This document shows positions 60,820-64,000 of a DNA stretch of 64,000 nt, one piece after another. The notes under the pieces were generated by a model. The model searched no databases. It worked only from the letters and a program-made list of their open reading frames with translations, and was not told the origin of the DNA. The stretch's first letter is position 1, and the number at the start of each line of letters is the position of its first letter. The translations under genes were made by a program, and so were the position numbers. Source of the DNA: Thermoanaerobaculia bacterium (lineage in GTDB: Bacteria; Acidobacteriota; Thermoanaerobaculia; UBA5066). Where the stretch lies: the NCBI GenBank assembly GCA_963816185.1, contig CAWFJJ010000029.1, positions 403,353 to 467,352 of the forward strand, given 5' to 3'.

Positions 60820-62274
60820 GTGCGCTATCTTTCGTCGCGGAGACGCGGCTTGAAGAGGATTCCGGCCCGGTTCGATCCCGTCGAAGAGAGGCTGGCTTTC
60901 GGGAAGAGCCGCCGCCGCGCGCTGCCTCGCAGCGACCAGGGCAAATGGAAAACATGGGACGGACGACCGGACATACTGGCGACGCTACTGAAGGCGAGCC
61001 GCGGGCGTCTTCCCGAGCTCCTGCCCATCAAGTGGGGAAGGATGGCGGCCTCTCCCTTCGGGTTCTTTCGCGGCGCCGTGCCGGCCATGGCGCTCGATCT
61101 CGCCCGGTCGTCGGTGACCGGCGTGCACGTCCAGATGTGCGGCGACGCGCACGTGCGCAACCTCGGCGCCTTCGCGGCGCCCGACGGCCACCTCGTCTTC
61201 GACATCAACGACTTCGACGAGACGATGCCCGGGCCCTGGGAGTGGGACGTCAAGCGCCTCGCGGCCAGCCTCGTCCTCGCCGGCCGCGAGGCGGGAGATG
61301 GCGACCCGCTCTGTGCCGAAGCGGTCGGGGAGTTCGTGTCCTCCTATCGCGGAGCCCTGAAGGAATTCGCCGCGATGTCAGCGCTAGATCTCGCGCGGTT
61401 CGAGATCCGTCGATACCGCCGTGGCCCAGTGACGCGAATCCTGGAAAAGGCTGAACGCGCGACGCCTTTGCATTCGCTCGAGAAGCTCACGGTCTTTGCG
61501 CGCGGGGGTCTCCGACGGTTCCCCAAGCGCCCGCCCCTGCTCCAACCTCTCGAACCGCGTAAAGCGAAACGTGTCATGGGCTCGTTGAAGGCGTATCGCG
61601 ACACCGTGAGCGACGACCGGCAGCTCGTCCTCGACGCGTATTGCCTCGTCGACGTCGCCTTCAAGGTGGTCGGGACAGGAAGCGTGGGGACGCGCGACTA
61701 CGCCGTTCTCGCGTTCGGGGATGGGGCGGACCATCCCCTGTTTCTCCAGGTCAAGGAGGAACCGCCCTCGAGCTACGCCTCCGTCCTTCCCCGTGTGGTC
61801 TGCCCTCCCCACGAGGGGCGGCGCGTCGCGCAGGGACAGCACCGGATGCAGACCGTGTCAGACCCGTTCCTCGGCTGGACGACGTTGACGGGCCGCCACT
61901 ACCTCGTACGTCAGCTCGCGGATCACAAGGCCTCGATCGAGCCGGCAGAGCTGAGCGGCCTCGCGCTGAAGGAATACGCACGGGTTTGCGGAGAGGTACT
62001 CGCGAAGGCGCACGCGCGTACCGGCGACGCCGCGATTTTGTACGGCTATTGCGGCGACACCAACCGCCTCGATCGCGCGATGGGAAGGTTCGCGATCGCC
62101 TATGCCGACCAGACCGAATCTGAATCCGCCTTCGTGAGGCGATCAAGGCCGGAAAAATCCGGGCACAAGGGGAATTTGACCCCGGTCAGAGAGCGTCCTG
62201 GAGAGCGGCGTATTTTCTTAGAGGCCCGATCCTCGCCAGTCATCAGCGGCTATCATCAAGGTGGCTCTGTCTGA
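60820..62274 (+). CDS. DUF2252 family protein; C-terminus possibly frameshifted
   Basis: RMAASPFGFFRG, CGDAH..N.G, FDINDFDE, PWEWDVKRL, KVVGTGSVG, LQVKE, LAKAHARTGD. Start approximate. Confidence 0.85.
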   Translation: MRYLSSRRRGLKRIPARFDPVEERLAFGKSRRRALPRSDQGKWKTWDGRPDILATLLKASRGRLPELLPIKWGRMAASPFGFFRGAVPAMALDLARSSVTGVHVQMCGDAHVRNLGAFAAPDGHLVFDINDFDETMPGPWEWDVKRLAASLVLAGREAGDGDPLCAEAVGEFVSSYRGALKEFAAMSALDLARFEIRRYRRGPVTRILEKAERATPLHSLEKLTVFARGGLRRFPKRPPLLQPLEPRKAKRVMGSLKAYRDTVSDDRQLVLDAYCLVDVAFKVVGTGSVGTRDYAVLAFGDGADHPLFLQVKEEPPSSYASVLPRVVCPPHEGRRVAQGQHRMQTVSDPFLGWTTLTGRHYLVRQLADHKASIEPAELSGLALKEYARVCGEVLAKAHARTGDAAILYGYCGDTNRLDRAMGRFAIAYADQTESESAFVRRSRPEKSGHKGNLTPVRERPGERRIFLEARSSPVISGYHQGGSV

Positions 62275-62289
62275 GCCTCGAGGAGTTTC

Positions 62290-62502
62290 ATGATCGAAGG
62301 CCTGTTTCAACCGATGCACCTTCTTCTCATCCTGATCATCGCCACGCTCGTTTTCGGACCGAAGAAGCTGCCGGAGCTCGGCAAGAAGATATGGCAAGGA
62401 ATCCGAGGCTTCAGGGACGCGATCAAGAACGCGGAGACGGGGGCGAGCGCGGACGACCCGAACGCTTCGAGCGATCCTTCAGCCCAGATCGAGAAAAAGT
62501 AA
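62290..62502 (+). CDS. tatA: twin-arginine translocase TatA/E subunit, copy 2
   Basis: MIEGLFQPMHLLLI..LVFGPKKLPELGK; AGGAG Shine-Dalgarno. Confidence 0.85.
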   Translation: MIEGLFQPMHLLLILIIATLVFGPKKLPELGKKIWQGIRGFRDAIKNAETGASADDPNASSDPSAQIEKK

Positions 62503-62597
62503 CCGCCATCTTCCCATTTTCTTGCGGCGCATCGACCGTGCGAGGCGCTACTCACGAGCCGTCGTCGAAGTGTATGGAGCGACGATTTAGATGGACC

Positions 62598-62637
62598 TGT
62601 AGGGGTGCAATGGGACTTGCCGGGGGGCTGTGGCGCA
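62598..62637 (+). repeat. IS481-like terminal repeat copy
   Basis: tgtaggggtgcaatgggacttgccggggggctgtggcgca. Confidence 0.8.
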
Positions 62638-62857
62638 TGGAGCCCCGGGTGTGGATCGCCAAAATCGCAGCGGGGGCTCGGGATGTAACAGAACCGTCCT
62701 TGAGGAGGCTGGCAACCTGCATTATCGATGTCGACTGAAGGCTCTGCGGCCGGCGGCTCTCCATGGTTTTCGTGAAGAGGAAGCGGACCGTCTCGATCAA
62801 GGTTTAGTCGGACGGCATGGCAGGGCCGTCGGAGTACCGCCGTAGACGCCCCTGGCT

Positions 62858-63894
62858 TCAGGCTGTGCGCCGCGAGTACCGGTGATGAAGACCGCTGAGA
62901 CGAGGTAGCGAGATGACCTCGCCCATCTCGGGCGGCTCGATGGGCCTGTGATCAGGAGCGTCAGCTTCTTGAGAGCGAGATGAAGGCGGTCCTCGTTGTA
63001 CCAGACCCTGGAACTCCTGAAGCAGCCGCCTCGCGTGACGCTCACTCGACACGATGACGTGGTCGAACAGTTCGCGGCGGATCGTACCGATGAGGCGCTC
63101 GGCGTAGCAGTTCATCTTCGGGGCGCGAATAGCGGTCTTGATGGAACGGATGCCGAGATCCCGGACTCGGCGGGAGAACTCGTTTCCATATGCCCTATCG
63201 CGATCTCTGATCAGGAATCTGAGCACGTATTCCAGGGGAAGGCATTGATCGTCTGCTGGCCGAGCCAGAATGAAGTTGGGTTCGTTGTCACGTTCGCGAA
63301 GACCAGACGCCGGCGTTCAAGTGCCAGAACAACGAAGACGTAAAGAACCTGAAATCTGACCGTGGGCACAGTGAACAGGTCGACGGCAACGATGCCCTTG
63401 GCCTGGTTGCGCAGGAAGGTGCTCCAGGTCTGAGATCCGGTCCTTCGAGGTTCTGGTCGGATCCGTTCGAGGTATCGGGAGACCGTCCGTTCGCTCACGT
63501 CGAAACCGACCTTAAGAAGCTCGCCGTGGATTCGGGGCGCACCCCAGGTCGGGTTGTCTGAGGCCATCTCCCGAATGAGCCTCCGGACCTCGGCATGAGC
63601 TCTCGGTCGCCCGGCCTGCGACTTCCATCTCCAGAAGAGTCGAAACGCCTGACGATGCCACGCGATGACGGTTTCGGGCCTGACAATGACCAGCCTCTGC
63701 CGCCACCCGGGGAAGCGCTGAAGGGCGAAGGCCCAGAGGGCTCGATCCCACGAAGTAAGGGGAAGACGGGCGGGCCTCGACCGCAGGAGGACGCCGAGTT
63801 GATGCCTCAGCGCGAAGTTCTCGGCCACGAGTGCGGCCTGAGGGCGAAGGAGGGCGACGAGGGACCCCAGGAAGAGTCGAATCAAGCCGAGCAT
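62858..63894 (-). pseudogene. integrase-core (rve) transposase of a second family, frameshifted
   Basis: ENFALRHQL, VRPETVIAWHR, NPTWGAPRIHGELLK, W.TFLRN; LIRDRD and AERLIGTIRRE in the next frame. Confidence 0.88.
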
Positions 63895-64000
63895 GCTGGG
63901 AGGATACGAGCCAGAGCAGGCCGGCCCGGGGAGCGAAGGAACCTCAATCGGCTGAAGTACGTACGCCCCCGTTTGGACACCCTATGGGATTCTGGCGAGG

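Overview
GC-rich bacterial DNA; an Acidobacteriota-like host is my inference only. Bases 1-21 kb are ordinary core genes with no obvious frameshifts (thyX, iscS, HAMP Ser/Thr kinase, aldolase, radical SAM, udk, M28 peptidase, tyrS, prephenate dehydrogenase, gluQ), ending at tRNA-Asn(GTT). Everything downstream is a layered accessory island. (1) A ~13 kb capsid-less element (21.3-34.5 kb) is bracketed by ~220-bp block-conserved inverted repeats. It carries DUF2924, a large serine recombinase, a soluble kinase, DUF2130, ParB, a ParB-methylase, TerS, a split TerL with a duplicated nuclease domain, and a repeat-flanked defence-like cassette. (2) A pilT gene plus an intact class II lanthipeptide cluster (C39 ABC transporter, MacA/MacB-like genes, LanM) has a precursor whose 56-aa core holds 10 Cys and 11 Ser/Thr. 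(3) An integrase-less integron cassette array has four near-identical ~60-bp attC sites. A further inverted attC lies between a double-glycine micro-peptide and an orphan Hcp. (4) About 15 copies of an IS481-like terminal repeat (TGTAGGGGYGCAATGGGAATTGC) partition 35-63 kb into cargo blocks, with duplicated cargo genes and cargo captured in the transposase leader. Frameshifts concentrate in the mobile genes and may be decay or assembly error. All product calls come from motif recognition by eye, not from database searches.
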